Shown here: one piece after another, positions 1 through 18,000 of the stretch
How the letters are laid out: every line of letters begins with the position of its first letter
Position numbering within the stretch: position 1 is the stretch's first letter
DNA from: Eledone cirrhosa
Lineage: Eukaryota
DNA length: 64,000 nucleotides
Reading direction: 5' to 3'
Assembly: GCA_964016885.1 (NCBI GenBank)
Contig: OZ024740.1
Location: forward strand, 421,476,001 to 421,540,000
Translations under genes and position numbers: made by a program
The notes under the pieces: generated by a model
Told to the model about the DNA's origin: nothing
Databases searched by the model: none
The model's input: the letters and a program-made list of their open reading frames with translations, nothing else

Positions 1-3000
1 ACTGACAGTACCAGATCTAGAGATGTGTACTACCAACAGTACCAGATCTAGAGATATGTACTACTGAAAGAACTACATCTAGAGATATGTACTACCAGCA
101 ATACCACATTTAGAGATATGTACTACTGACAGTACCACATCTAGAGACATGTAGCAACTACAGTACCACATCTAGAGATATGTACTACCAACAGTACCAC
201 ATCTAGAGATATGTACAACTGACAGTAAAAAATCTAGAGATATGTACTACTGACAGTACCACATCTAGAGATATGTACTACCAACAGTACAACATCTAGA
301 GATATGTACTACCAGCAGTAACACATCTAGAGATATGTACTACCAACAGTATCACATCTAGAGATATGTACTACCAACAGTACCACATTATGAGACATCT
401 ACTAACAGTACCACATCTAGAGATATGTACTACTGACAGTATCACATCTAGAGATATGTACTACTGACAGTACCACATCTAGAGATATGTACTACTGACA
501 GTATCACATCTAGAGATATGTACTACTAACAGTACCACATCTAGAGATATGTACTACCAATTGTACCACATCTAGAGATATGTACTACCAACAGTACCAC
601 ATCTAGAGATATGTACTACAAGCAGTACCACATTTAGAGATATGTACTACCAACAGTACCACATTTAGAGATATGTACTACTGACAGTACCACATCTAGA
701 GACATGTACGAACAACAGTACCACATCTAGAGATATGTACCACTGAAAGTACCACATCTAGAGATATGTACTACCAACAGTACCACATCTAGAGATATGT
801 ACTACCAACAGTACCACATCTAGAGATATGTACTACTGGCAGTACCACATCTCTAGATATATACCAACAACAATCCCACATCTAGACATATGTACTACCA
901 ACTGTACCACATCTACAGATATGTACTACTGAATGTACCACATCTAGAGATATGTACTACCAACAGTACCACATCTAGAGATATGTACTACTGACAGTAC
1001 CACATCTAGAGATATGTACTACTGACAGTATCACATCTAGAGATATGTACTACTGACAGTAACACATCTAGAGATATGTACTACTGACAGTACCACATCT
1101 AGAGATATGTACTACTGACAGTATCACATCTAGAGATATGTACTACTGACAGTACCACATCTAGAGATATGTACTACCAATTGTACCACATCTAGAGATA
1201 TGTACTACCAACAGTACCACATCTAAAGATATGTACTACCAGCAGTACCACATCTAGAGATATGTACTACCAACAGTACCACATTTAGAGATATGTACTA
1301 CTGACAGTACCACATCTAGAGACATGTACGAACAACAGTACCACATCTAGAGATATGTACCACTGAAAGTACCACATCTAGAGATATGTACTACCAACGG
1401 TACCACATCTAGAGATATGTACTACTGACAGTACCACATGTAGAAATATGTACCAACAACAGTACCACATCAAGAGATATGTACTACGAACAGTACCACA
1501 TTTAGAGATATGTACTACTGACAGTACCACATCTAGAGATATGTATTACTGACAGTACCACATCTAGAGATATGTACTACCAACAGTATCTCATCTAGAG
1601 ATATGTACTACTGACAGTACCACATCTAGAGATATGTACTACCAACAGTACCACATTTAGAGATATGTACTACTGACAGTACCACATCTAGAGACATGTA
1701 CGAACAACAGTACCACATCTAGAGATATGTACCACTGAAAGTACCACATCTAGAGATATGTACTACCAACAGTACCACATCTAGAGATATGTACTACCAA
1801 CAGTACCACATCTAGAGATATGTACTACTGGCAGTACCACATCTAGAGATATATACCAACAACAATCCCACATCTAGAGATATGTACTACCAACAGTACC
1901 ACATTTAGAGATATGTACTACTGACAGTACCACATCTAGAGACATGTACAAACAACAGTACCACATCTAGAGATATGTACCACTGAAAGTACCACATCTA
2001 GAGATATGTACTACCAACAGTACCACATCTAGAGATATGTACTACCAACTGTACCACATCTAGAGATATGTACTACTGATTTACCACATCTAGAGATATG
2101 TACTACTGACAGTAACACATCTAGAGATATGTACCAACAACAGTACCACATCAATAGATATGTACTACCAACAGTACCACATTTAGAGATATGTACTACT
2201 GACAGTACCACATCTAGAGACATGTACGAACAACAGTACCACATCTAGAGATATGTACCACTGAAAGTACCACATCTAGAGATATGTACTACCAACGGTA
2301 CCACATCTAGAGATATGTACTACCAACAGTACCACATCTAGAGATATGTACTACTGACAGTACCACATCTAGAGATATGTACTACCAACAGTATCACATC
2401 TAGAGATATGTACTACTGACAGTACCACATCTAGAGATATGTACTACTGACAGTATCACATCTAGAGATATGTACTACTGGCAGTACCACATCTAGAGAT
2501 ATATACCAACAACAAGCCCACATCTAGAGATATGTACTACCAACTGTACCACATCTAGAGATATGTACTACTGATTTACCACATCTAGAGATATGTACTA
2601 CTGACAGTACCACATCTAGAGATATGTACCAACAACAGTACCACATCTAGAAACATGTACCAGCAGTACCGCATCTAGAGATATGTACTACTGAAAGTAC
2701 CACATCTAGAGATATGTACTACCAACAGTACCACATCTACAGATCTGTACTACTGACAGTACCACATCTAGAGATATGTACTAACAATTGTACCACATCT
2801 AGAGATATGTACTACCAACAGTACCACATCTAGAGATATGTACTACCAGCAGTACCACATCTAGAGATATGTACTACCAACGGTACCACATCTAGAGATA
2901 TGTACTACCAACAGTACCACATCTAGAGATATGTACTACTGGCAGTACCACATCTAGAGATATGTACTACTGACAGTACCACATCTAGAGATATGTACTA

Positions 3001-6000
3001 CCAACAGTATCACATCTAGAGATATGTACTACTGACAGTATCACATCTAGAGATATGTACTACTGACAGTACCACATCTAGAGATATGTACTACTGACAG
3101 TATCACATCTAGAGATATGTACTACTGACAGTACCACATCTACAGATATGTACCACTGACAGTACCACATCTAGAGATATGTACTACTGACAAAACCACA
3201 TCTAGATATATGTACTACCAACAGTACCACATCTAGACATATGTACTCCTGACAGTACCACATCTACAGATATGTACTACCAACAGTACCACATCTAGAG
3301 ATATGTACTACTGGCAGTACCACATCTAGAGATATGTACTACTGACAGTACCACATCTAGAGATATGTACTACCAACAGTATCACATCTAGAGATATGTA
3401 CTACTGACAGTATCACATCTAGAGATATGTACTACTGACAGTATCACATCTAGAGATATGTACTACTGACAGTACCACATCTAGAGATATGTACTACTGA
3501 CAGTATCACATCTAGAGATATGTACTACCAACAGTACCACATCTAGAGATATGTACTACTGGCAGTACCACATCTAGAGATATGTACTACTGACAGTACC
3601 ACATCTAGAGATATGTACTACCAACAGTATCACATCTAGAGATATGTACTACTGACAGTATCACATCTAGAGATATGTACTACTGACAGTATCACATCTA
3701 GAGATATGTACTACTGACAGTACCACATCTAGAGATATGTACTACTGACAGTATCACATCTAGAGATATGTACTACTGACAGTACCACATCTACAGATAT
3801 GTACTACTGACAGTACCACATCTAGAGATATGTACTACCAATTGTACCACATCTAGAGATATGTACTACCAACAGTACCACATCTAGAGATATGTACTAC
3901 CAGCAGTACCACATCTAGAGATATGTACTACCAACAGTACCACATTTAGAGATATGTACTACTGACAGTACCACATCTAGAGACATGTACGAACAACAGT
4001 ACCACATCTAGAGATATGTACTACTGACAGTACGACATCTAGAGATATGTACTACTGACAGTACCACATCTAAAGATATGTATTACTGACAGTACCACAT
4101 CTAGAGATATGTACTACCAACAGTACCTCATCTAGAGATATGTACTACCAGCAGTACCACATCTGGAGATATGTACTACCAACGGTACCACATCTAGAGA
4201 TATGTACTACCAACAGTACCACATCTAGAGATATGTACTACTGAAAGTACCACATCTAGAGATATGTACTACCAACAGTACCACATCTAGAGATATGTAC
4301 TACTGGCAGTACCACATCTCGAGATATATACCAACAACAATCCCACATCTAGACATATGTACTACTGACAGTACCACATCTACAGATATGTACTACTGAC
4401 AGTACCACATCTAGAGATATGTACTACCAATTGTACCACATCTAGAGATATGTACTACCAACAGTACCACATCTAGAGATATGTACTACCAGCAGTACCA
4501 CATCTAGAGATATGTACTACCAACAGTACCACATTTAGAGATATGTACTACTGACAGTACCACATCTAGAGACATGTACGAACAACAGTACCACATCTAG
4601 AGATATGTACTACTGACAGTACGACATCTAGAGATATGTACTACTGACAGTACCACATCTAGAGATATGTACTACCAACAGTATCACATCTAGAGATATG
4701 TACTACTGACAATATCACATCTAGAGATATGTACTACTGACAGTACCACATCTAGAGATATGTACTACCAACAGTACCACATCTAGAGATAAGTACTACT
4801 GACAGTACCACATCTAGAGATATGTACTACCAACAGTACCACATCTAGAGATATGTACTACTGACAGTACGACATCTAGAGATATGTACTACTAACAGTA
4901 CCACATCTAGAGATATGTACTACTGACAGTATCACATCTAGAGATATGTACTACTGACAGTACCACATCTAGAGATATGTACTACTGACAGTATCCCATC
5001 TAGAGATATGTACTACTGACAGTACCACATCTACAGATATGTACTACCAATTGTACCACATCTAGAGATATGTACTACCAACAGTACCACATCTAGAGAT
5101 ATGTACTACCAGCAGTACCACATCTAGAGATATGTACTAACAACAGTAACACATTTAGAGATATGTACTACTGACAGTACCACATCTAGAGATATGTACT
5201 ACTGACAGTACCACATCTAGAGATATGTACCAACAACAGTACCACATCAAGAGATATGTACCACCAACAGTACCACATTTAGAGATATGTACTACTGACA
5301 GTACCACATCTAGAGATATGTACCAACAACAGTACCACATCTAGAGATATGTACCACTGAAAGTACCACATCTAGAGATATGTACTACCAACGGTACCAC
5401 ATCTAGAGATATGTACTACCAACAGTACCACATCTAGAGATATGTACTACTGACAGTACCACATCTAGAGATATGTACCAACAACAGTACCACATCAAGA
5501 GATATGTACCACCAACAGTACCACATTTAGAGATATGTACTACTGACAGTACCACATCTAGAGATATGTACCAACAACAGTACCACATCAAGAGATATGT
5601 ACCACCAACAGTACCACATCTAGAGATATGTACTACTGACAGTACCACATCTAGAGATATGTACTACCAACAGTACCACATCTAGAGATATGTACTACCA
5701 GCAGTACCACATCTAGAGATATGTACTACCAACGGTACCACATCTAGAGATATGTACTACCAACAGTGGCACATCTAGAGATATGTACTACTGACAGTAC
5801 CACATCTAGAGATATGTACTACCCACGGTACCACATCTAGAGATATGTACTACCAACAGTACCACATCTAGAGATATGTACTACCAACTGTAACACATCT
5901 AGAGATATGTACTACCAACAGTACCACATCTAGAGATATGTACTACCAGCAGTACCACATCTAGAGATATGTACTACTGAAAGTACACATCTAGAGATAT

Positions 6001-9000
6001 GTACTACCAATAGTACCACATCAAGAGACATGTACCAACAACAGTACCACATCTAGAGATATGTAGTACTGACAAAACCACATCTAGAGATATGTACTAC
6101 TGACGGTACCACATCTAGAGATATGAACTCCTGACAGTACCACATCTAGAGATATGTACTACCAACAGTACCACATTTAGAGATATGTACTACCAACAGT
6201 ACCACATCGAGAGATATGTACTACTGACAGTACCACATCCAGAGATATGTACTACCAACAGTACCACATTTAGAGATATGTACTACTGACAGTACCACAT
6301 CTAGAGACATGTACCAACACCAGTACCACATCTAGATATATGTACTACTGAAAGTACCACATGTAGAGATATGTACTACCAACAGTACCACATCTAGAGA
6401 TATGTATCAACAACAGTACCACATCTAGAGATATGTACTACCAACAGTATCACATCTAGAGATATGTACCACTGACAGTACCACATCTAGAGATATGTAC
6501 TACTGACAAAACCACATCTAGATATATGTACTACCAACAGTACTACATCTAGACATATGTACTCCTGACAGTACCACATCTACAGATATGTACTACCAAC
6601 AGTACCACATCTAGAGATATGTACTACTGGCAGTACCACATCTAGAGATATGTACTACTGACAGTACCACATCTAGAGATATGTACTACCAACAGTATCA
6701 CATCTAGAGATATGTACTACTGACAGTATCACATCTAGAGATATGTACTACTGACAGTATCACATCTAGAGATATGTACTACTGACAGTACCACATCTAG
6801 AGATATGTACTACTGACAGTATCACATCTAGAGATATGTACTACTGACAGTACCACATCTACAGATATGTACTACTGACAGTACCACATCTAGAGATATG
6901 TACTACCAATTGTACCACATCTAGAGATATGTACTACCAACAGTACCACATCTAGAGATATGTACTACCAGCAGTACCACATCTAGAGATATGTACTACC
7001 AACAGTACCACATTTAGAGATATGTACTACTGACAGTACCACATCTAGAGACATGTACGAACAACAGTACCACATCTAGAGATATGTACTACTGACAGTA
7101 CGACATCTAGAGATATGTACTACTGACAGTACCACATCTAGAGATATGTATTACTGACAGTACCACATCTAGAGATATGTACTACCAACAGTACCTCATC
7201 TAGAGATATGTACTACCAGCAGTACCACATCTAGAGATATGTACTACCAACGGTACCACATCTAGAGATATGTACTACCAACAGTACCACATCTAGAGAT
7301 ATGTACTACTGAAAGTACCACATCTAGAGATATGTACTACCAACAGTACCACATCTAGAGATATGTACTACTGGCAGTACCACATCTCGAGATATATACC
7401 AACAACAATCCCACATCTAGACATATGTACTACCAACTATACCACATCTAGAGATATGTACTACTGAATGTACCACATCTAGAGATATGTACTACCAACA
7501 GTACCACATCTAGAGATATGTACTACTGACAGTACCACATCTAGAAATATGTACCAACAACAGTACCACATCAAGAGATATGTACTACCAACAGTACCAC
7601 ATTTAGAGATATGTACTACTGACAGTACCACATCTAGAGATATGTATTACTGACAGTACCACATCTAGAGATATGTACTACCAACAGTACCTCATCTAGA
7701 GATATGTACTACTGACAGTACCACATCTAGAGATATGTACTACCAACAGTACCACATTTAGAGATATGTACTACTGACAGTACCACATCTAGAGACATGT
7801 ACGAACAACAGTACCACATCTAGAGATATGTACCACTGAAAGTACCACATCTAGAGATATGTACTACCAACGGTACCACATCTAGAGATATGTACTACCA
7901 ACAGTACCACATCTAGAGATATGTACTACTGGCAGTACCACATCTAGAGATATATACCAACAACAATCCCACATCTAGAGATATGTACTACCAACTGTAC
8001 CACATTTAGAGATATGTACTACTGATTTAGCACATCTAGAGATATGTACTACTGACAGTACCACATCTAGAGATATGTACCAACAACAGTACCACATCAA
8101 TAGATATGTACTACCAACTGTACCACATTTAGAGATATGTACTACTGACAGTACCACATCTAGAGATATGTACTACTGACAGTACCACATCTAGAGATAT
8201 GTACTACCAACAGTACCTCATCTAGAGATATGTACTACCAGCAGTACCACATCTAGAGATATGTACTACCAACGGTACAACGTCTAGAGATATGTACTAC
8301 CAACAGTACCACATCTAGAGATATGTACTACCAGCAGTACCACATCTAGAGATATGTACCAGACAGTACCACATCTAGAGATATGTACTACCGACGGTAC
8401 CACATCTAGAGATATGTACTACTGACAATACCACATCTAGAGATATGTACTACTGACAGTACCACATCTAGAGATATGTACTACCAACAGTATCACATCT
8501 AGAGATATGTACTACCAACAGTACCACATTATGAGACATCTACCAACAGTACCACATCTAGACATAAGTACTACTGACAGTACCACATCTAGAGATATGT
8601 ACTACCAACAGTATCACATCTAGAGATATGTACCACTGACAGTACCACATCTAGAGATATGTACTACTGACAAAACCACATCTAGATATATGTACTACCA
8701 ACAGTACTACATCTAGACATATGTACTCCTGACAGTACCACATCTACAGATATGTACTACCAACAGTACCACATCTAGAGATATGTACTACTGGCAGTAC
8801 CACATCTAGAGATATGTACTACTGACAGTACCACATCTAGAGATATGTACTACCAACAGTATCACATCTAGAGATATGTACTACTGACAGTATCACATCT
8901 AGAGATATGTACTACTGACAGTATCACATCTAGAGATATGTACTACTGACAGTACCACATCTAGAGATATGTACTACTGACAGTATCACATCTAGAGATA

Positions 9001-12000
9001 TGTACTACTGACAGTACCACATCTACAGATATGTACTACTGACAGTACCACATCTAGAGATATGTACTACCAATTGTACCACATCTAGAGATATGTACTA
9101 CCAACAGTACCACATCTAGAGATATGTACTACCAGCAGTACCACATCTAGAGATATGTACTACCAACAGTACCACATTTAGAGATATGTACTACCAGCAG
9201 TACCACATCTAGAGATATGTACTACCAACGGTACCACATCTAGAGATATGTACTACCAACAGTGGCACATCTAGAGATATGTACTACTGACAGTACCACA
9301 TCTAGAGATATGTACTACCCACGGTACCACATCTAGAGATACGTACTACTGACAGAACCACATCTAGAGATATGTACTACCAACAGAACCACATCTAGAG
9401 ATATGTACTACCAACAGTACCACATCTAGAGATATGTACTACCAACTGTAACACATTTAGAGATATGTACTACCAACAGTACCACATCTAGAGATATGTA
9501 CTACCAGCAGTACCACATCTAGAGATATGTACTACTGAAAGTACACATCTAGAGATATGTACTACCAATAGTACCACATCAAGAGACATGTACCAACAAC
9601 AGTACCACATCTAGAGATATGTAGTACTGACAAAACCACATCTAGAGATATGTACTACTGACGGTACCACATCTAGAGATATGAACTCCTGACAGTACCA
9701 CATCTAGAGATATGTACTACCAACAGTAACACATTTAGAGATATGTACTACCAACAGTACCACATCGAGAGATATGTACTACTGACAGTACCACATCCAG
9801 AGATATGTACTACCAACAGTACCACATTTAGAGATATGTACTACTGACAGTACCACATCTAGAGACATGTACCAACACCAGTACCACATCTAGATATATG
9901 TACTACTGAAAGTACCACATGTAGAGATATGTACTACCAACAGTACCACATCTAGAGATATGTATCAACAACAGTACCACATCTAGAGATATGTACTACC
10001 AACAGTATCACATCTAGAGATATGTACCACTGACAGTACCACATCTAGAGATATGTACTACTGACAAAACCACATCTAGATATATGTACTACCAACAGTA
10101 CTACATCTAGACATATGTACTCCTGACAGTACCACATCTACAGATATGTACTACCAACAGTACCACATCTAGAGATATGTACTACTGGCAGTACCACATC
10201 TAGAGATATGTACTACTGACAGTACCACATCTAGAGATATGTACTACCAACAGTATCACATCTAGAGATATGTACTACTGACAGTATCACATCTAGAGAT
10301 ATATACTACTGACAGTATCACATCTAGAGATATGTACTACTGACAGTACCACATCTAGAGATATGTACTACTGACAGTATCACATGTAGAGATATGTACT
10401 ACTGACAGTACCACATCTACAGATATGTACTACTGACAGTACCACATCTAGAGATATGTACTACCAATTGTACCACATCTAGAGATATGTACTACCAACA
10501 GTACCACATCTAGAGATATGTACTACCAGCAGTACCACATCTAGAGATATGTACTACCAACAGTACCACATTTAGAGATATGTACTACTGACAGTACCAC
10601 ATCTAGAGACATGTACGAACAACAGTACCACATCTAGAGATATGTACTACTGACAGTACGACATCTAGAGATATGTACTACTGACAGTACCACATCTAGA
10701 GATATGTATTACTGACAGTACCACATCTAGAGATATGTACTACCAACAGTACCTCATCTAGAGATATGTACTACCAGCAGTACCACATCTAGAGATATGT
10801 ACTACCAACGGTACCACATCTAGAGATATGTACTACCAACAGTACCACATCTAGAGATATGTACTACTGAAAGTACCACATCTAGAGATATGTACTACCA
10901 ACAGTACCACATCTAGAGATATGTACTACTGGCAGTACCACATCTCGAGATATATACCAACAACAATCCCACATCTAGACATATGTACTACCAACTATAC
11001 CACATCTAGAGATATGTACTACTGAATGTACCACATCTAGAGATATGTACTACCAACAGTACCACATCTAGAGATATGTACTACTGACAGTACCACATCT
11101 AGAAATATGTACCAACAACAGTACCACATCAAGAGATATGTACTACCAACAGTACCACATTTAGAGATATGTACTACTGACAGTACCACATCTAGAGATA
11201 TGTATTACTGACAGTACCACATCTAGAGATATGTACTACCAACAGTACCTCATCTAGAGATATGTACTACTGACAGTACCACATCTAGAGATATGTACTA
11301 CCAACAGTACCACATTTAGAGATATGTACTACTGACAGTACCACATCTAGAGACATGTACGAACAACAGTACCACATCTAGAGATATGTACCACTGAAAG
11401 TACCACATCTAGAGATATGTACTACCAACGGTACCACATCTAGAGATATGTACTACCAACAGTACCACATCTAGAGATATGTACTACTGGCAGTACCACA
11501 TCTAGAGATATATACCAACAACAATCCCACATCTAGAGATATGTACTACCAACTGTACCACATTTAGAGATATGTACTACTGATTTAGCACATCTAGAGA
11601 TATGTACTACTGACAGTACCACATCTAGAGATATGTACCAACAACAGTACCACATCAATAGATATGTACTACCAACAGTACCACATTTAGAGATATGTAC
11701 TACTGACAGTACCACATCTAGAGATATGTACTACTGACAGTACCACATCTAGAGATATGTACTACCAACAGTACCTCATCTAGAGATATTTACTACCAGC
11801 AGTACCACATCTAGAGATATGTACTACCAACGGTACAACGTCTAGAGATATGTACTACCAACAGTACCACATCTAGAGATATGTACTACCAGCAGTACCA
11901 CATCTAGAGATATGTACCAGACAGTACCACATCTAGAGATATGTACTACCGACGGTACCACATCTAGAGATATGTACTACTGACAATACCACATCTAGAG

Positions 12001-15000
12001 ATATGTACTACTGACAGTACCACATCTAGAGATATGTACTACCAACAGTATCACATCTAGAGATATGTACTACCAACAGTACCACATTATGAGACATCTA
12101 CCAACAGTACCACATCTAGACATAAGTACTACTGACAGTACCACATCTAGAGATATGTACTACCAACAGTACCACATCTAGAGATATGTACTACCGACGG
12201 TACCACATCTAGAGATATGTACTACTGACAGAACTACATCTAGAGATATGTACTACTGACAGTACCACATCTAGAGATATGTACTACTGACAGTACCACA
12301 TCTAGAGATATGTACTACCAACAGTATCACATCTAGAGATATGTACTACTGACAATATCACATCTAGAGATATGTACTACTGACAGTACCACATCTAGAG
12401 ATATGTACTACCAACAGTACCACATCTAGAGATAAGTACTACTGACAGTACCACATCTAGAGATATGTACTACCAACAGTACCACATCTAGAGATATGTA
12501 CTACTGACAGTACGACATCTAGAGATATGTACTACTAACAGTACCACATCTAGAGATATGTACTACTGACAGTATCACATCTAGAGATATGTACTACTGA
12601 CAGTACCACATCTAGAGATATGTACTACTGACAGTATCACATCTAGAGATATGTACTACTGACAGTACCACATCTACAGATATGTACTACCAATTGTACC
12701 ACATCTAGAGATATGTACTACCAACAGTACCACATCTAGAGATATGTACTACCAGCAGTACCACATCTAGAGATATGTACTAACAACAGTAACACATTTA
12801 GAGATATGTACTACTGACAGTACCACATCTAGAGACATGTACGAACAACAGTACCACATCTAGAGATATGTACCACTGAAAGTACCACATCTAGAGATAT
12901 GTACTACCAACGGTACCACATCTAGAGATATGTACTACCAACAGTACCACATCTAGAGATATGTACTACTGACAGTACCACATCTAGAGATATGTACCAA
13001 CAACAGTACCACATCAAGAGATATGTACCACCAACAGTACCACATTTAGAGATATGTACTACTGACAGTAACACATCTAGAGATATGTACCAACAACAGT
13101 ACCACATCAAGAGATATGTACCACCAACAGTACCACATCTAGAGATATGTACTACTGACAGTACCACATCTAGAGATATGTACTACCAACAGAACCACAT
13201 CTAGAGATATGTACTACCAACAGTACCACATCTAGAGATATGTACTACCAGCAGTACCACATCTAGAGATATGTACTACAAACGGTACCACATCTAGAGA
13301 TATGTACTACCAACAGTGGCACATCTAGAGATATGTACTACTGACAGTACCACATCTAGAGATATGTACTACCCACGGTACCACATCTAGAGATATGTAC
13401 TACTGACAGAACCACATCTAGAGATATGTACTACCAACAGAACCACATCTAGAGATATGTACTACCAACAGTACCACATCTAGAGATATGTACTACCAAC
13501 TGTAACACATTTAGAGATATGTACTACCAACAGTACCACATCTAGAGATATGTACTACCAGCAGTACCACATCTAGAGATATGTACTACTGAAAGTACAC
13601 ATCTAGAGATATGTACTACCAACAGTACCACATCAAGAGACATGTACCAACAACAGTACCACATCTAGAGATATGTAGTACTGACAAAACCACATCTAGA
13701 GATATGTACTACTGACGGTACCACATCTAGAGATATGAACTCCTGACAGTACCACATCTAGAGATATGTACTACCAACAGTACCACATTTAGAGATATGT
13801 ACTACCAACAGTACCACATCGAGAGATATGTACTACTGACAGTACCACATCCAGAGATATGTACTACCAACAGTACCACATTTAGAGATATGTACTACTG
13901 ACAGTACCACATCTAGAGACATGTACCAACACCAGTACCACATCTAGATATATGTACTACTGAAAGTACCACATGTAGAGATATGTACTACCAACAGTAC
14001 CACATCTAGAGATATGTATCAACAACAGTACCACATCTAGAGATATGTACTACCAACAGTATCACATCTAGAGATATGTACCACTGACAGTACCACATCT
14101 AGAGATATGTACTACTGACAAAACCACATCTAGATATATGTACTACCAACAGTACCACATCTAGACATATGTACTCCTGACAGTACAACATCTACAGATA
14201 TGTACTACCAACAGTACCACATCTAGAGATATGTACTACTGGCAGTACCACATCTAGAGATATGTACTACTGACAGTACCACATCTAGAGATATGTACTA
14301 CCAACAGTATCACATCTAGAGATATGTACTACTGACAGTATCACATCTAGAGATATGTACTACTGACAGTATCACATCTAGAGATATGTACTACTGACAG
14401 TACCACATCTAGAGATATGTACTACTGACAGTATCACATCTAGAGATATGTACTACTGACAGTACCACATCTACAGATATGTACTACTGACAGTACCACA
14501 TCTAGAGATATGTACTACCAATTGTACCACATCTAGAGATATGTACTACCAACAGTACCACATCTAGAGATATGTACTACCAGCAGTACCACATCTAGAG
14601 ATATGTACTACCAACAGTACCACATTTAGAGATATGTACTACTGACAGTACCACATCTAGAGACATGTACGAACAACAGTACCACATCTAGAGATATGTA
14701 CTACTGACAGTACGACATCTAGAGATATGTACTACTGACAGTACCACATCTAGAGATATGTATTACTGACAGTACCACATCTAGAGATATGTACTACCAA
14801 CAGTACCTCATCTAGAGATATGTACTACCAGCAGTACCACATCTAGAGATATGTACTACCAACGGTACCACATCTAGAGATATGTACTACCAACAGTACC
14901 ACATCTAGAGATATGTACTACTGAAAGTACCACATCTAGAGATATGTACTACCAACAGTACCACATCTAGAGATATGTACTACTGGCAGTACCACATCTC

Positions 15001-18000
15001 GAGATATATACCAACAACAATCCCACATCTAGACATATGTACTACCAACTGTACCACATCTAGAGATATGTACTACTGAATCTACCACATCTAGAGATAT
15101 GTACTACCAACAGTACCACATCTAGAGATATGTACTACTGACAGTACCACATCTAGAAATATGTACCAACAACAGTACCACATCAAGAGATATGTACTAC
15201 CAACAGTACCACATTTAGAGATATGTACTACTGACAGTACCACATCTAGAGATATGTATTACTGACAGTACCACATCTAGAGATATGTACTACCAACAGT
15301 ACCTCATCTAGAGATATGTACTACTGACAGTACCACATCTAGAGATATGTACTACCAACAGTACCACATTTAGAGATATGTACTACTGAGAGTACCACAT
15401 CTAGAGACATGTACGAACAACAGTACCACATCTAGAGATATGTACCACTGAAAGTACCACATCTAGAGATAAGTACTACCAACGGTACCACATCTAGTGA
15501 TATGTACTACCAACAGTACCACATCTAGAGATATGTACTACTGGCAGTACCACATCTAGAGATATATACCAACAACAATCCCACATCTAGAGATATGTAC
15601 TACCAACTGTACCACATTTAGAGATATGTACTACTGATTTACCACATCTAGAGATATGTACTACTGACAGTACCACATCTAGAGATATGTACCAACAACA
15701 GTACCACATCAATAGATATGTACTACCAACAGTACCACATTTAGAGATATGTACTACTGACAGTACCACATCTAGAGATATGTACTACTGACAGTACCAC
15801 ATCTAGAGATATGTACTACCAACAGTACCACATCTAGAGATATGTACTACTGACAGTACGACATCTAGAGATATGTACTACTAACAGTACCACATCTAGA
15901 GATATGTACTACTGACAGTATCACATCTAGAGATATGTACTACTGACAGTACCACATCTAGAGATATGTACTACTGACAGTATCACATCTAGAGATATGT
16001 ACTACTGACAGTACCACATCTACAGATATGTACTACCAATTGTACCACATCTAGAGATATGTACTACCAACAGTACCACATCTAGAGATATGTACTACCA
16101 GCAGTACCACATCTAGAGATATGTACTAACAACAGTAACACATTTAGAGATATGTACTACTGACAGTACCACATCTAGAGACATGTACGAACAACAGTAC
16201 CACATCTAGAGATATGTACCACTGAAAGTACCACATCTAGAGATATGTACTACCAACGGTACCACATCTAGAGATATGTACTACCAACAGTACCACATCT
16301 AGAGATATGTACTACTGACAGTACCACATCTAGAGATATGTACCAACAACAGTACCACATCAAGAGATATGTACCACCAACAGTACCACATTTAGAGATA
16401 TGTACTACTGACAGTACCACATCTAGAGATATGTACCAACAACAGTACCACATCAAGAGATATGTACCACCAACAGTACCACATCTAGAGATATGTACTA
16501 CTGACAGTACCACATCTAGAGATATGTACTACCAACAGAACCACATCTAGAGATATGTACTACCAACAGTACCACATATAGAGATATGTACTACCAGCAG
16601 TACCACATCTAGAGATATGTACTACCAACGGTACCACATCTAGAGATATGTACTACCAACAGTGGCACATCTAGAGATATGTACTACTGACAGTACCACA
16701 TCTAGAGATATGTACTACCCACGGTACCACATCTAGAGATATGTACTACTGACAGAACCACATCTAGAGATATGTACTACCAACAGAACCACATCTAGAG
16801 ATATGTACTACCAACAGTACCACATCTAGAGATATGTACTACCAACTGTAACACATTTAGAGATATGTACTACCAACAGTACCACATCTAGAGATATGTA
16901 CTACCAGCAGTACCACATCTAGAGATATGTACTACTGAAAGTACACATCTAGAGATATGTACTACCAACAGTACCACATCAAGAGACATGTACCAACAAC
17001 AGTACCACATCTAGAGATATGTAGTACTGACAAAACCACATCTAGAGATATGTACTACTGACGGTACCACATCTAGAGATATGAACTCCTGACAGTACCA
17101 CATCTAGAGATATGTACTACCAACAGTACCACATTTAGAGATATGTACTACCAACAGTACCACATCGAGAGATATGTACTACTGACAGTACCACATCCAG
17201 AGATATGTACTACCAACAGTACCACATTTAGAGATATGTACTACTGACAGTACCACATCTAGAGACATGTACCAACACCAGTACCACATCTAGATATATG
17301 TACTACTGAAAGTACCACATGTAGAGATATGTACTACCAACAGTACCACATCTAGAGATATGTATCAACAACAGTACCACATCTAGAGATATGTACTACC
17401 AACAGTATCACATCTAGAGATATGTACCACTGACAGTACCACATCTAGAGATATGTACTACTGACAAAACCACATCTAGATATATGTACTACCAACAGTA
17501 CCACATCTAGACATATGTACTCCTGACAGTACCACATCTACAGATATGTACTACCAACAGTACCACATCTAGAGATATGTACTACTGGCAGTACCACATC
17601 TAGAGATATGTACTACTGACAGTACCACATCTAGAGATATGTACTACCAACAGTATCACATCTAGAGATATGTACTACTGACAGTATCACATCTAGAGAT
17701 ATGTACTACTGACAGTATCACATCTAGAGATATGTACTACTGACAGTACCACATCTAGAGATATGTACTACTGACAGTATCACATCTAGAGATATGTACT
17801 ACTGACAGTACCACATCTACAGATATGTACTACTGACAGTACCACATCTAGAGATATGTACTACCAATTCTACCACATCTAGAGATATGTACTACCAACA
17901 GTACCACATCTAGAGATATGTACTACCAGCAGTACCACATCTAGAGATATGTACTACCAACAGTACCACATTTAGAGATATGTACTACTGACAGTACCAC